Virus record (IMG/VR): IMGVR_UViG_3300016667_000104
Span: 1 to 26,969 of that record
Direction: 5' to 3' (one strand)
From: a virus
Taxonomy: Duplodnaviria; Caudoviricetes
DNA: 26,969 nt
Position 1 is the stretch's first letter; every line of letters starts with the position of its first letter. Made by a program: the position numbers and the translations under genes. Under the pieces are notes generated by a model that saw only the letters and a program-made list of their open reading frames with translations, did not search any database and was not told the DNA's origin. Shown one piece after another: positions 1 through 7,711 of the stretch.

Positions 1-98
1 AACTGTTCCCACACGCAATCATCATCTTCAAAACAGTATAGCATGAAACCAGCGCGGTTGTCAACCACAGAGAAATCTACTTCATACGACCTAACCAT
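1..98 (-). CDS. Small hypothetical protein, runs off the window edge (MVRSYEVDFSVVDNRAGFMLYCFEDDDCVWEQ...)
   Basis: Read by hand. ATG at 98 overlaps the end of the upstream ORF and the frame is open to position 1. Confidence 0.5.
   Translation of the reverse strand, partial: MVRSYEVDFSVVDNRAGFMLYCFEDDDCVWEQ
35..64 (-). promoter_or_regulatory. Sigma70-type early promoter candidate (TTGACA-N18-TATACT, extended TGn), inside a small ORF
   Basis: Minus strand TTGACA ACCGCGCTGGTTTCATGC TATACT. Confidence 0.5.
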
Positions 99-276
99 TG
101 CCAACCTTCCTAGTCAAATGTTCTTCAAATTGCTTGGCTATATTCATCACAAATTCGGCCGACATACGACCATCAGCATACAACCGAACGGCACATTCCA
201 GAGCATGTTTACGAATATCCAGAAGTTCATCCGGATCAATCGTAAAAGTCTTCTTTACCATATCAACAGTTGCCAT
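91..276 (-). CDS. Hypothetical protein (61 aa)
   Basis: ORF track 91..303. The likely start MATVDM at 276 is coupled (TAATG) to the upstream stop. Confidence 0.65.
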   Translation of the reverse strand: MATVDMVKKTFTIDPDELLDIRKHALECAVRLYADGRMSAEFVMNIAKQFEEHLTRKVGNG

Positions 277-524
277 TATGTTGTTTCCTCTATTACGTGC
301 CAAACCAGTTCGTGAGGCGTCACAACACTACCCACTACTAGACCGTCAAACGGTTCGCCAGTAGCATACAATCGGACATTACGCTTTGTGTTTTCGCCCT
401 TATAGTTTTTGATAGTCCAGACATAGATTTGACCGCTCTGGACACCAACATGAGTCGGACGACCTTCAATCTCGGTCAAGTCAAAACCCAACGGCCCGTA
501 CTTATGAATAACAGTCTCAAGCAT
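276..524 (-). CDS. Hypothetical phage protein (82 aa)
   Basis: Coupled ORF in the minus-strand array, with a phage-like IHKY...ATG...LVWHV pattern. Confidence 0.7.
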   Translation of the reverse strand: MLETVIHKYGPLGFDLTEIEGRPTHVGVQSGQIYVWTIKNYKGENTKRNVRLYATGEPFDGLVVGSVVTPHELVWHVIEETT

Positions 525-751
525 TATGCGACCTCGCGAAGCTTAACACCAGTGACTCGCTCATATGCGATGAGAGAAACGGGATACTGAGGATTGCCAG
601 TGTATAGGCGAAAAGTACCAGCGGGATCTTGTCGCTCACTTGCGATAACCTTTCCAGACTTAATGCTCGTATTGTGGATCACGCCGTACTTGTATTCCGT
701 GCGAACGTGAACCAGGCTACCAATCTTGATTTTCCACTTAGTCTTGATCAT
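524..751 (-). CDS. Hypothetical protein (75 aa), probably on a leaderless mRNA
   Basis: ATG lies 6 nt downstream of a -10 box and has no SD. Confidence 0.7.
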   Translation of the reverse strand: MIKTKWKIKIGSLVHVRTEYKYGVIHNTSIKSGKVIASERQDPAGTFRLYTGNPQYPVSLIAYERVTGVKLREVA

Positions 752-757
752 GGTTAT

Positions 758-786
758 ATCCTAGCAGAAGGAATCTTGATTGTCAA
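758..786 (-). promoter_or_regulatory. Sigma70-type early promoter (TTGACA-N17-TAGGAT)
   Basis: Minus strand TTGACA ATCAAGATTCCTTCTGC TAGGAT ATAACC ATG. Confidence 0.7.
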
Positions 787-956
787 GCTTCTCGCACATT
801 GACGTTATGCATTCCAATTCGATCCCAATATACGGTCTTCTTAAACTCAATGACCGCGCGCTTCACAGCATTTTCAGGAGTCATGGCCATACCATACCAC
901 ACAATATAATCGGCAGCAGTCGGCCCGTATTCACCCGAAACTCTATAACGTTTCAT
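783..956 (-). CDS. Hypothetical protein, 57 aa (MKRYRVSGEYGPTAADYIVWYG...), missing from the ORF track
   Basis: Hand translation. It fills the gap exactly and its start overlaps the upstream TGA. Confidence 0.65.
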   Translation of the reverse strand: MKRYRVSGEYGPTAADYIVWYGMAMTPENAVKRAVIEFKKTVYWDRIGMHNVNVREA

Positions 957-1273
957 CACTTAATTCCCAGAATCTTCTTTTCATATTCCGTCAGCTTAGA
1001 CAGAGCATCCTTGCGGACCTTAGCCTCATGAACCTGCTGTGCAACAGCCTCACGGCGCTTTCGATCCCACTCCTTGTGGTCTTCCCACCAAGAAAGGAAC
1101 TGGCGCTTTGTTACGCCCGCTTCCTTCCAGTCAATCTTTTTCAGAAAGGCACCAAATTCAGCATCATCCTTATCCAACACCGTCAGTACAGCGCAAAGCG
1201 AAGCCTCAATAATAGCTCGCCTTTCAGACTCCTCGCGGCGCCTTACGTCTTCCATTCCATCACGACAAGGCAT
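956..1273 (-). CDS. Hypothetical protein (105 aa)
   Basis: MPCRDG start and a C-terminal ALSKLTEYEKKILG motif of a type common in phage small proteins. Confidence 0.75.
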   Translation of the reverse strand: MPCRDGMEDVRRREESERRAIIEASLCAVLTVLDKDDAEFGAFLKKIDWKEAGVTKRQFLSWWEDHKEWDRKRREAVAQQVHEAKVRKDALSKLTEYEKKILGIK

Positions 1274-1432
1274 TTACATCACTCCCATATACTTGTGAGC
1301 AAGAAACTCAATCGCCAGATACCAAGCCCACAATGGGAAGATTACCGCAAAGAACGTCGACCAGAATCCCTTAGCAAGCACGATACCGAACACCCACATA
1401 CAAAACGAAAGAAACTTGAATAGATTAGTCAT
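1274..1432 (-). CDS. Small membrane protein, 52 aa (MTNLFKFLSFCMWVFGIVLAKGFWSTFFAVIFPLWAWYLAIEFLAHKYMGVM), missing from the ORF track
   Basis: Hand translation. It is hydrophobic with two TM-like segments and abuts both neighbours. Confidence 0.7.
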   Translation of the reverse strand: MTNLFKFLSFCMWVFGIVLAKGFWSTFFAVIFPLWAWYLAIEFLAHKYMGVM

Positions 1433-1630
1433 TTAGGTCTCCATATCACCCAAAGAGCGGGCATAATCAATTGCTTCCTGTTTCGAGTTGAATAGACGCC
1501 GAGGATCTAACAGGGCGAACCACGCCGGAGTATGAGTGTACGGACACTCAGGATCTTGACAACCACGGCTACATTCAGCAGGCACAAACCTGACGGTTGC
1601 CGTATTGAAGTATTCATAATTATTGGTCAT
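1433..1630 (-). CDS. Hypothetical protein with a Cys/His cluster (CSRGCQDPECPYTH)
   Basis: ORF track; coupled to its neighbours. Confidence 0.65.
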   Translation of the reverse strand: MTNNYEYFNTATVRFVPAECSRGCQDPECPYTHTPAWFALLDPRRLFNSKQEAIDYARSLGDMET

Positions 1631-1923
1631 TAGCGATAGAACCTTCCTTCGTATTCTTCGATAGCCGCAATCTGCACAATGAAGTCCGCGACCTCATCAG
1701 GTTTGCACCATCCCTTAACCGTGTTGCTTTCGTCAAAGCGATACCGAACACCATTCTCATCCCACGCAGCAATCTCAGCATCAGAAGATGAAAAGATTTG
1801 GTGGTGCCTCTTATGCTGATTAGAGCAATAGTTGCACCAACTAAACTGTACCGAGACAGTCCAGCCGTTTTTGAACGTCATTTGAAAGCCGTTATTATGG
1901 TCGTCTTTCTGTACCTTAATCAT
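1630..1923 (-). CDS. Conserved-type hypothetical phage protein (97 aa)
   Basis: GFQMTFKNGWTVSVQF..NYC...AEIAAW pattern. Confidence 0.75.
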   Translation of the reverse strand: MIKVQKDDHNNGFQMTFKNGWTVSVQFSWCNYCSNQHKRHHQIFSSSDAEIAAWDENGVRYRFDESNTVKGWCKPDEVADFIVQIAAIEEYEGRFYR

Positions 1924-2068
1924 TTAGCGCACCACTCTGAGCAAGTTCCATGAACGAATAGGCAAAGAAGCCCAGTCCGATCACACCGAAAACGATTTGC
2001 AGTCCCAGACCAGTCGTGGCCGAAGCCATCAAGAAAAGTCCGATTGTCATCTTGAGCATGTTAAACAT
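1916..2068 (-). CDS. Small membrane protein, 50 aa (MFNMLKMTIGLFLMASATTGLGLQIVFGVIGLGFFAYSFMELAQSGALND), missing from the ORF track
   Basis: Hand translation. TAATG coupling to the upstream gene; hydrophobic. Confidence 0.65.
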   Translation of the reverse strand: MFNMLKMTIGLFLMASATTGLGLQIVFGVIGLGFFAYSFMELAQSGALND

Positions 2069-2511
2069 TAAAGCCAACCTTCTTGATAGTGACAAGCCAC
2101 ATAATCGATGGGCTCGGGCTGTTCAGCCAGCCACGCGGCATGTTCAGCCTCATCGTGCTTACGCATCTCTTCCATCTCGGCTTCCCACTGAGCTTCATGC
2201 TCAGCCTGAGATTCCATATAGCGGAAGAGACGGTCAGTCTCCTCGACCAGTTCATCATACGACCACTTAGACAGGTCGACGCGCGGGCGGAAGCCGCAAG
2301 CATCCTTGTGAAGATCCGAATACTGGGTCTCCATCTCATAGCGCCAGAGGTCGCGCACGGTCAGCACGCCGATTTCAGCCCAATGGGCGAGGTCTTCAGT
2401 GTAGAGACCAGCCCAGCGACCGGGCGCTTCAGCGACCCAAGCTTCGGTCGCAGCGTTACGCTCACGGAGGTACTGGTCGAGCGGCTTGATCATGTCAGTT
2501 TCTCTTGTCAT
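2068..2511 (-). CDS. Hypothetical early phage protein (147 aa, SDLHKDACGFRPR motif, acidic C-terminus)
   Basis: ORF track; first gene after a promoter cassette; visibly GC-richer than the core genes. Confidence 0.8.
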   Translation of the reverse strand: MTRETDMIKPLDQYLRERNAATEAWVAEAPGRWAGLYTEDLAHWAEIGVLTVRDLWRYEMETQYSDLHKDACGFRPRVDLSKWSYDELVEETDRLFRYMESQAEHEAQWEAEMEEMRKHDEAEHAAWLAEQPEPIDYVACHYQEGWL

Positions 2512-2583
2512 ATACTGGATATAGTGATTGTCTGTTAGATTTTCAAGAGTGCGAAACGCATAGCTGATATGCGCTGGACGCAG
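2509..2583 (-). promoter_or_regulatory. Early promoter cassette copy 1 (CTTGAA-N17-CTATAT, leaderless ATG, upstream GCAT-N7-ATGC-N7-GCAG box)
   Basis: Near-repeat of 2766..2839. -35 at 2541-2546, -10 at 2518-2523. Confidence 0.7.
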
Positions 2584-2585
2584 GT

Positions 2586-2768
2586 TTAGCCAACCATGTA
2601 TTCTTCAAACTTGTTACAGAATTCAGCTTCAAGATCATAGTATTCTTCAGTAAAACGTTTGGCTTTACAGTAAGATTCAAAGATCCGGTCAAAATCTTTA
2701 AGTAGATCCGCAGGGATCCGAAACTTATGACCATCGTTATCTTGGCGATTATATCGTTTCGTCTTCAT
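2586..2768 (-). CDS. Hypothetical early protein (60 aa)
   Basis: ORF track; ATG lies directly after promoter cassette 2. Confidence 0.7.
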   Translation of the reverse strand: MKTKRYNRQDNDGHKFRIPADLLKDFDRIFESYCKAKRFTEEYYDLEAEFCNKFEEYMVG

Positions 2769-2839
2769 ATACTGGATATAGTTATTAAACCCTCGTTTTC
2801 AAGAGAGTAAAACGCATACCCACCATGCGCTTGGCGCAT
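2766..2839 (-). promoter_or_regulatory. Early promoter cassette copy 2 (CTTGAA-N16-CTATAT, leaderless ATG, upstream GCAT-N7-ATGC-N7-GCAT box)
   Basis: Shares catatactggatatagt, tttcaagag and aaacgcata...atgcgct with copy 1. Confidence 0.7.
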
Positions 2840-2843
2840 AGCG

Positions 2844-2890
2844 TAAACCCTTGATTTTACTAGGGTCGATATAGAGCTAAACCATTGATT
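2844..2890 (-). promoter_or_regulatory. Two tandem IHF-consensus sites (WATCAANNNNTTR)
   Basis: AATCAAGGGTTTA (2844-2856) and AATCAATGGTTTA (2878-2890), same orientation, 34 bp apart. Confidence 0.55.
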
Positions 2891-2917
2891 TTATTAAGAC
2901 TTGTGGATCGTTTAGGA

Positions 2918-2991
2918 AGCGCCTGGAGAGCGTCTGGAATTCGAGCAAATAGCGCCTAGCTCACGTTCGGCGGCTCGTCCAGGCGCTCTCC
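2918..2991. repeat. GC-rich inverted repeat / stem-loop in an intergenic region
   Basis: ggagagcgtctgga (2925-2938) pairs with tccaggcgctctcc (2978-2991). agcgcctgga (2918-2927) is an alternative perfect partner. There is an inner cgagc/gctcg stem. Confidence 0.55.
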
Positions 2992-3023
2992 AAAGCTTTG
3001 GAATTATGAGAAGTCCAAACCTC

Positions 3024-3266
3024 TTAAGCCGCGTCAGAAAAGACGCTACTAAACTCCAAGTTGATATCTCTCTCAATTCCGAGGTCTTGAAGAATGAAGC
3101 GGGGCGTCCACCCGTCAAATGCACCGCCGCTCTCCATAAACTTCGCAGCCTTCACACAATCTTCTTCGAAGAAGAAATGTCCAATCACATGCTCAGTTTC
3201 TTTCTCATAGAGTTCCCACATGAAGTCGCCTTCAATGTTCACCGGCTCAATCGCATACTTCTTCAT
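3024..3266 (-). CDS. Hypothetical phage protein (80 aa; GGAFDGWTPRFIL motif)
   Basis: ORF track 3024..3341. The likely start MKKYAIE at 3266 lies right after the upstream stop. Confidence 0.7.
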   Translation of the reverse strand: MKKYAIEPVNIEGDFMWELYEKETEHVIGHFFFEEDCVKAAKFMESGGAFDGWTPRFILQDLGIERDINLEFSSVFSDAA

Positions 3267-3267
3267 T

Positions 3268-3702
3268 TTATCGTCCCTTCCACACTTTGAGATAACCGTA
3301 AATTCGCATCTGATCACAAGCATAATCTTGATACGATTCAAACTTCACAAGATCCTTCTGGACGAGTTCATATATCATATTGTCCACCATTCGTCTCTTA
3401 GTATCGGCGATCATCTGTTGTTTCATTGCAGGGTCCAGTCGATCAAGCTGACCATTGTCGATTGTAGATCCATATTTGAGAATGTGTAGATCATTTGGAT
3501 TGACATAGACAGTTTCAACCTTGGCTGGCGCCGTCTGTTGCTCCAACAAAACCTTACTGACCGTATTATTAAGGGCGTCAATGTCGATACCCTTGTGCTT
3601 GAGATACTTCTTGCAGAGTTCGACAACCTTAGCTTCACTGTCTACTTTCTCAGCAAACATCTTGAACTTTTTTACAGCAACTTCACTATCATCAACTATC
3701 AT
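3268..3702 (-). CDS. Hypothetical protein (144 aa)
   Basis: ATGA coupling to the helicase stop. Confidence 0.7.
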   Translation of the reverse strand: MIVDDSEVAVKKFKMFAEKVDSEAKVVELCKKYLKHKGIDIDALNNTVSKVLLEQQTAPAKVETVYVNPNDLHILKYGSTIDNGQLDRLDPAMKQQMIADTKRRMVDNMIYELVQKDLVKFESYQDYACDQMRIYGYLKVWKGR

Positions 3703-5084
3703 ACTTTAAATCCTTGGAACTTGTTGCGCTTATCATCAAGCTTGTTTGTGGTAATCTGCTTCGATTGACCAGAATCGAGAATGTCATCCTGTGCAGATTG
3801 CTCCACATCAAACAGTTTCATCTTAGCTCGGTCGATACCAAGAACAAATCGTTTGTTTGCTGTCGGATCATTGTAGCGGTTCTTCAACTGCTTTACCATA
3901 ATCTGGTTTAGTTCTGTCAGTTCTTCTGTGGCAATCAAGGCAAACATGAAGTCTGCTGTTGCAGGAAGACCAAACGATTCAGATGTATCAGTCAGTTCAA
4001 CGTCAGAATTGGAATAACCGCTTCTGGTCGTCTGTGTAGCTGAAACAACAGGCACTTCATACTCTACTGCTAGACCACGAAGTTCTTCAGCGATAGACTT
4101 AACAAACGTATAGCTGTTCACGCTGCCGCCTGGCTTAATTCGTGCAGACATACAGATGTTAAGATAGTCGATGAAGATGATATCAGGCTTGAAAGACTTC
4201 TTCAGAGCCAGTTCGTTTAGTAGCGCCTTGAAGTGGATCGTAGAAGCGCCAGCGGTCGGATACTCTTTGACGATAAGTTTGCCATTCGTCTTGCTCATTA
4301 GATGCTTGATCTTCTTTTCATACAAGTCTTTTGGCATGACCATAAGATCATCAAACGTGATGTTCATTAGATTGGCATCGATACGCTTTGCGACTTCTTC
4401 TTCAGCCAACTCAAGAGTGACATACAGAACGTTTCTGCCTTGCGATAGACAAGCGGCTGCTACATGACACATGAACAAAGACTTACCAACGCCTGTACCA
4501 GCCAGTGCAATGTTTAGCGTCTTCTTTGGCAGACCATCTTTCGTTATCTTGTTAAAGAACTCCAGATCAAATGGAATCTTCTCTTGAACACGGTGATAGT
4601 AGTCGAAACGTTCAGCGTAGTTGTCGAGATAGTCATGACCAACATTTGGATCAAATGACACCGCAAGAGCATCGGAGAGAAGTGAAGGAATAGCACCCTT
4701 CGACAGGGTGCCATCCTTCTTATTGTTCATGATATCGATTGACTTCATGATAGCATGATAGATTGCCTTTTCTTGGCAGAACTTCTCGGTGCTATCGACA
4801 AGCCAATCAATGTTCGTGTCGATCTTATCCGCTTTGAGCGTTTCGATCAAGGCTCTTGCATTCTTGACCTGAACCTCATTCAGGTTAGACAGAGAGTCAA
4901 CTTCAATCTCAAGTGCGTCGAACGTCGGAGGCTTGTTGTACTTCACAATGAAGTCACGAATCTCCTTGAACAGAACACGATCTTCCTCTACGGTAAAGTA
5001 TTCATCCTTGATGTAAGGCAGGACTTTACGAGTGAAGTCTTCATTCTTCAGAATATTCTTCAGAATTGTCTGTTCTAGATTCAT
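3699..5084 (-). CDS. 41: Replicative DNA helicase, T4 gp41 / DnaB-like
   Basis: Walker A LAGTGVGKS, IFIDYLNIC, ATQTTRSG, DTSESFGLPATAD, KQLKNRY. Start MNLEQTILK at 5084 (ORF track 5108). Confidence 0.96.
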   Translation of the reverse strand: MNLEQTILKNILKNEDFTRKVLPYIKDEYFTVEEDRVLFKEIRDFIVKYNKPPTFDALEIEVDSLSNLNEVQVKNARALIETLKADKIDTNIDWLVDSTEKFCQEKAIYHAIMKSIDIMNNKKDGTLSKGAIPSLLSDALAVSFDPNVGHDYLDNYAERFDYYHRVQEKIPFDLEFFNKITKDGLPKKTLNIALAGTGVGKSLFMCHVAAACLSQGRNVLYVTLELAEEEVAKRIDANLMNITFDDLMVMPKDLYEKKIKHLMSKTNGKLIVKEYPTAGASTIHFKALLNELALKKSFKPDIIFIDYLNICMSARIKPGGSVNSYTFVKSIAEELRGLAVEYEVPVVSATQTTRSGYSNSDVELTDTSESFGLPATADFMFALIATEELTELNQIMVKQLKNRYNDPTANKRFVLGIDRAKMKLFDVEQSAQDDILDSGQSKQITTNKLDDKRNKFQGFKV

Positions 5085-5367
5085 TCTCTTTACTCTCCGC
5101 ATCTGCAATGTCGAGGATCATTGCGTTCAGTATTAGACCCAAAGCTTGATTGAACTTTTCATCTTTACGCAACTTGATCATGGTGTGTTCGCCAGGATCG
5201 TGTAGTTCATAATCAAATCTTAGTCGGGCTGTTCCATCAGCTTGTTCATTGATGGAAACTCTTGTATAACGTAGTATAACACCTTTGTACGGTTCCATCA
5301 ACAACTCAATGGGTACTGTATCTTCCTTCATGTCATCACGGAATTTCCAGTCTGTGCCTAAGATCAT
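5041..5367 (-). CDS. 40: T4 gp40-like head vertex assembly chaperone
   Basis: Size (108 aa), the I.L...[10 protein letters not shown]...LRFDY pattern and the canonical position between uvsX and gene 41. Confidence 0.65.
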   Translation of the reverse strand: MILGTDWKFRDDMKEDTVPIELLMEPYKGVILRYTRVSINEQADGTARLRFDYELHDPGEHTMIKLRKDEKFNQALGLILNAMILDIADAESKENESRTDNSEEYSEE

Positions 5368-6419
5368 TCTACTTCCTCCGAATCGGCAACATTCGATTTG
5401 CCGTACAGAAACTCATTCTGACAGGCTTCATCAATCTTGTCAAGAATATCCTTTGTGAAATACTTTTCAGGCTTTTCTAGAATTGCCTTTTCAAAGACTT
5501 TTGTGCCATCAGGAAGTTCATATCGTGTTGATACTTTCTTGATAATACCAAACTTCTCAGCGAGATCCACAAGACCGTAATAAGGATCAAGACCATCGGC
5601 ATAATCCAGTAAAGTTTCTACCTTCTTATTCTCAATAGTCAGTCGTGCCTTCTTGAGATTTGCAGTGATGATTGCACCAGTCACCGAGTTATCAGTCTTG
5701 TCCTTGTCCTTCTTCTTGGACAGGAAGATGATAGATGATGCGGCGTATTCAAGACCAGAACCACCACCCATCTTCTTGGTTGGCACATACGAACCAACAA
5801 CGTCATAAACGTGATTGGTCACGATGAGAGGAACCTTAGCCTTGCCAAGTTTGAGAGTGAGAACACGGAATGCACCACGGACAAGCTGTGCGCGTGTCAT
5901 ATCGCGTGTGTCTTTGCCTTCTGCGATATCGGCCATTTCTTTGTCAGTGGAAAGATTACCCAGAGAGTCTAGAACGAACAACATAGGAGGACGATCCTTG
6001 TTCGTCTTGTCTTCAATGTACTTGTCGAGGATCTTTACGGCTTGGGTGCGGAACTCTTGGATAGTTGCGACTGGCACAACCGCAACTCGCTTTGTGTCAA
6101 CACCGCGATCTGCCAGCATTTGCTTAGATATAGCGGATTCCGATTCAAAGTAGAATACGAATCCTTCTGGATTGTCCCTGAGGAACTGTCTGACAATGTT
6201 GATTGCGTAAAAGGTCTTTCCTGTAGAAGGTTCACCGGCAAGAGCGGTGACTTTATTTGCAGGTAGGCCGCCATATATAGAACCAGATAAGAGAGCATTG
6301 AGACTGTAACTACCAGTACCAATAAAACCAGTAACGTCACCAGCTTCGACGCCATCTTCCGCGATACCCGCATATTCATTATCAATCTCCTTAAGTAGGG
6401 AGTTAAACATATTTGACAT
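5364..6419 (-). CDS. uvsX: RecA-like recombinase UvsX
   Basis: [12 protein letters not shown], Walker [15 protein letters not shown], Walker B VLDSLG, DMTRA, MGGGSG. Confidence 0.95.
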   Translation of the reverse strand: MSNMFNSLLKEIDNEYAGIAEDGVEAGDVTGFIGTGSYSLNALLSGSIYGGLPANKVTALAGEPSTGKTFYAINIVRQFLRDNPEGFVFYFESESAISKQMLADRGVDTKRVAVVPVATIQEFRTQAVKILDKYIEDKTNKDRPPMLFVLDSLGNLSTDKEMADIAEGKDTRDMTRAQLVRGAFRVLTLKLGKAKVPLIVTNHVYDVVGSYVPTKKMGGGSGLEYAASSIIFLSKKKDKDKTDNSVTGAIITANLKKARLTIENKKVETLLDYADGLDPYYGLVDLAEKFGIIKKVSTRYELPDGTKVFEKAILEKPEKYFTKDILDKIDEACQNEFLYGKSNVADSEEVE

Positions 6420-6444
6420 ATTGATTCTCCAATATTATGTGAAT

Positions 6445-6473
6445 GTCACGAATCTCCGTGACGCTTTATTTAG
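6445..6473 (-). promoter_or_regulatory. Late-promoter-like CTAAATA followed by a hairpin upstream of uvsX
   Basis: CTAAATA (6467-6473), then GTCACG-GAGATT-CGTGAC, then the GGAGA SD. Confidence 0.45.
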
Positions 6474-6925
6474 ATGTAAAAATAGTCGGATCGTGACTTG
6501 ATCCTATACATTACACCATGTCTGGTAATAGATAGTGCTTTTGCTGCTGTTCTTGGCGAATCATAGATTACACCTTCACACGATACAGCCTTCCTTCTAT
6601 CCTTACCAATCTTGTAACGAATGTCATCACTCCACACTTTACCTGTATTCCATGGTAGATGACCTTGTTTGCTTTCGCTTATTTTCTGTTTTGACTCGGC
6701 ACTGTGTTGTTTACCATACATGCTGTTGCCTTTGCCAACTCTCTGCTTTTTCCAGAGTTTCTTTGTTTCTTCGGATACACTTTGATATCCTACTTTACCC
6801 TTGTTCCAAGGCACAATAATGCCATCACAGTCGGCTTTGAGGTCTTCGTTTGAGATTGGATTGTTGATAAACCATTCTCTCATTTCAGAGAGAAAAGGAT
6901 CATCTGGATTGTGATAAATAGACAT
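6470..6925 (-). CDS. NUMOD3-repeat DNA-binding protein (homing-endonuclease-derived, no recognisable nuclease domain)
   Basis: PWNKGK, NSMYGKQHSAESKQKISESKQG, PWNTGK, and a C-terminal NUMOD1/HTH-like GVIYDSPRTAAKALSI. No GIY-YIG or HNH motif. Confidence 0.75.
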   Translation of the reverse strand: MSIYHNPDDPFLSEMREWFINNPISNEDLKADCDGIIVPWNKGKVGYQSVSEETKKLWKKQRVGKGNSMYGKQHSAESKQKISESKQGHLPWNTGKVWSDDIRYKIGKDRRKAVSCEGVIYDSPRTAAKALSITRHGVMYRIKSRSDYFYI

Positions 6926-6990
6926 GCTGGCGCTCCCTTATAGCGTTAGAGTGGGTGGGGACGGCAATCCCGCGACCTACATCTATTTAG
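6926..6990 (-). promoter_or_regulatory. Late-promoter-like CTAAATA plus a structured 5' leader of the NUMOD3 ORF
   Basis: TAGATGTAGGT..GGGATTGCCGTCCC..ACCCACTCTA nested stem, then a CGCT-ATAAGGG-AGCG hairpin covering the SD. Confidence 0.55.
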
Positions 6991-7292
6991 CATTCCTCAA
7001 TCTTAGCCAGTTTATTTTCCTCCAGCGCGGCCCGCGCAATTGCCATTTCGCAAGGATTACCAAGTCCGTGTGTCTGACAATATCCATGATGATCAAGCCA
7101 GCACGGTTCGTCATCAACAACACCTTGCAGCGCCATCGTAAGTTGTTCGATTCTGGCATCCTTCTGCTTGTCAATCTGTAAAGACATAGCAAAGTCACTT
7201 GCGGCTTCACGCAATGCCGACCGCAGTCGTTCGTTCTCGTCGCGTAAGAGAGTTATGGTGTCCGGGTTATCGTGTTCAATTTCGTCAGTCAC
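6987..7292 (-). CDS. Hypothetical coiled-coil protein with CWLDHHGYCQTH..C motif
   Basis: ORF track 6987..7319; probable GTG start at 7292 after AAGGA. Confidence 0.65.
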   Translation of the reverse strand: MTDEIEHDNPDTITLLRDENERLRSALREAASDFAMSLQIDKQKDARIEQLTMALQGVVDDEPCWLDHHGYCQTHGLGNPCEMAIARAALEENKLAKIEEC

Positions 7293-7440
7293 TTGTCTTT
7301 TCCTTTTTGATATCATCATCTGTCACAAGTCCAACCGCTTTCATTCGCGTTAGAACTTTTTGCATTTCTGTATTAGAATGTGGCTCAGGTATACCGCGCC
7401 AACGACAATACATTTCAATCAACTGTTGAATGTTGTTCAT
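7285..7440 (-). CDS. Hypothetical protein, 51 aa (MNNIQQLIEMYCRWRGIPEPHSN...), missing from the ORF track
   Basis: Hand translation; fills the gap between 7292 and 7415. Confidence 0.55.
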   Translation of the reverse strand: MNNIQQLIEMYCRWRGIPEPHSNTEMQKVLTRMKAVGLVTDDDIKKEKTSD

Positions 7441-7711
7441 CAAAAGTATCTTTCATTGCACGAATAGAAAAGGCAGCATAGTTCAACGCAGCACGATATC
7501 CTTGCCAATAATCATACATTTGTTGAGATGGAGCACAAGGCATATCATCTACCCTTTGTGCGGCTTCTTCCAAAACAAGATTTGCTACAGCCTTTGCTAT
7601 GATTTGCGATACTTCCCATTGTATTGCTTGGCGTCTCGCATCTTGATTATTTACTGGACCCTCCAGAGTATCATAGATAAGATTTGCTAAACGATTCTGT
7701 AAGTCATTCAT
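7415..7711 (-). CDS. Hypothetical protein (98 aa)
   Basis: ORF track; GAGGT SD; abuts the cupin stop. Confidence 0.65.
   Translation of the reverse strand: MNDLQNRLANLIYDTLEGPVNNQDARRQAIQWEVSQIIAKAVANLVLEEAAQRVDDMPCAPSQQMYDYWQGYRAALNYAAFSIRAMKDTFDEQHSTVD

Noticed and set aside
2509-2890. CRISPR-like mini-array or att sites from the repeated sequences
   Set aside because: There are only two degenerate copies, separated by a gene and better explained as promoter and operator motifs. No cas or integrase gene is present.
2912-3124. 70-aa minus-strand ORF across the GC-rich intergenic region
   Set aside because: It overlaps the 3024-3266 gene out of frame, has no SD, and its composition reflects the inverted repeat.
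6926-6990. tRNA, group I intron or self-cleaving ribozyme identity for the structured leader
   Set aside because: There is no cloverleaf or T-loop, the flanking genes are not interrupted, and I could not build a ribozyme pseudoknot by eye. It is kept only as a cis-regulatory candidate.
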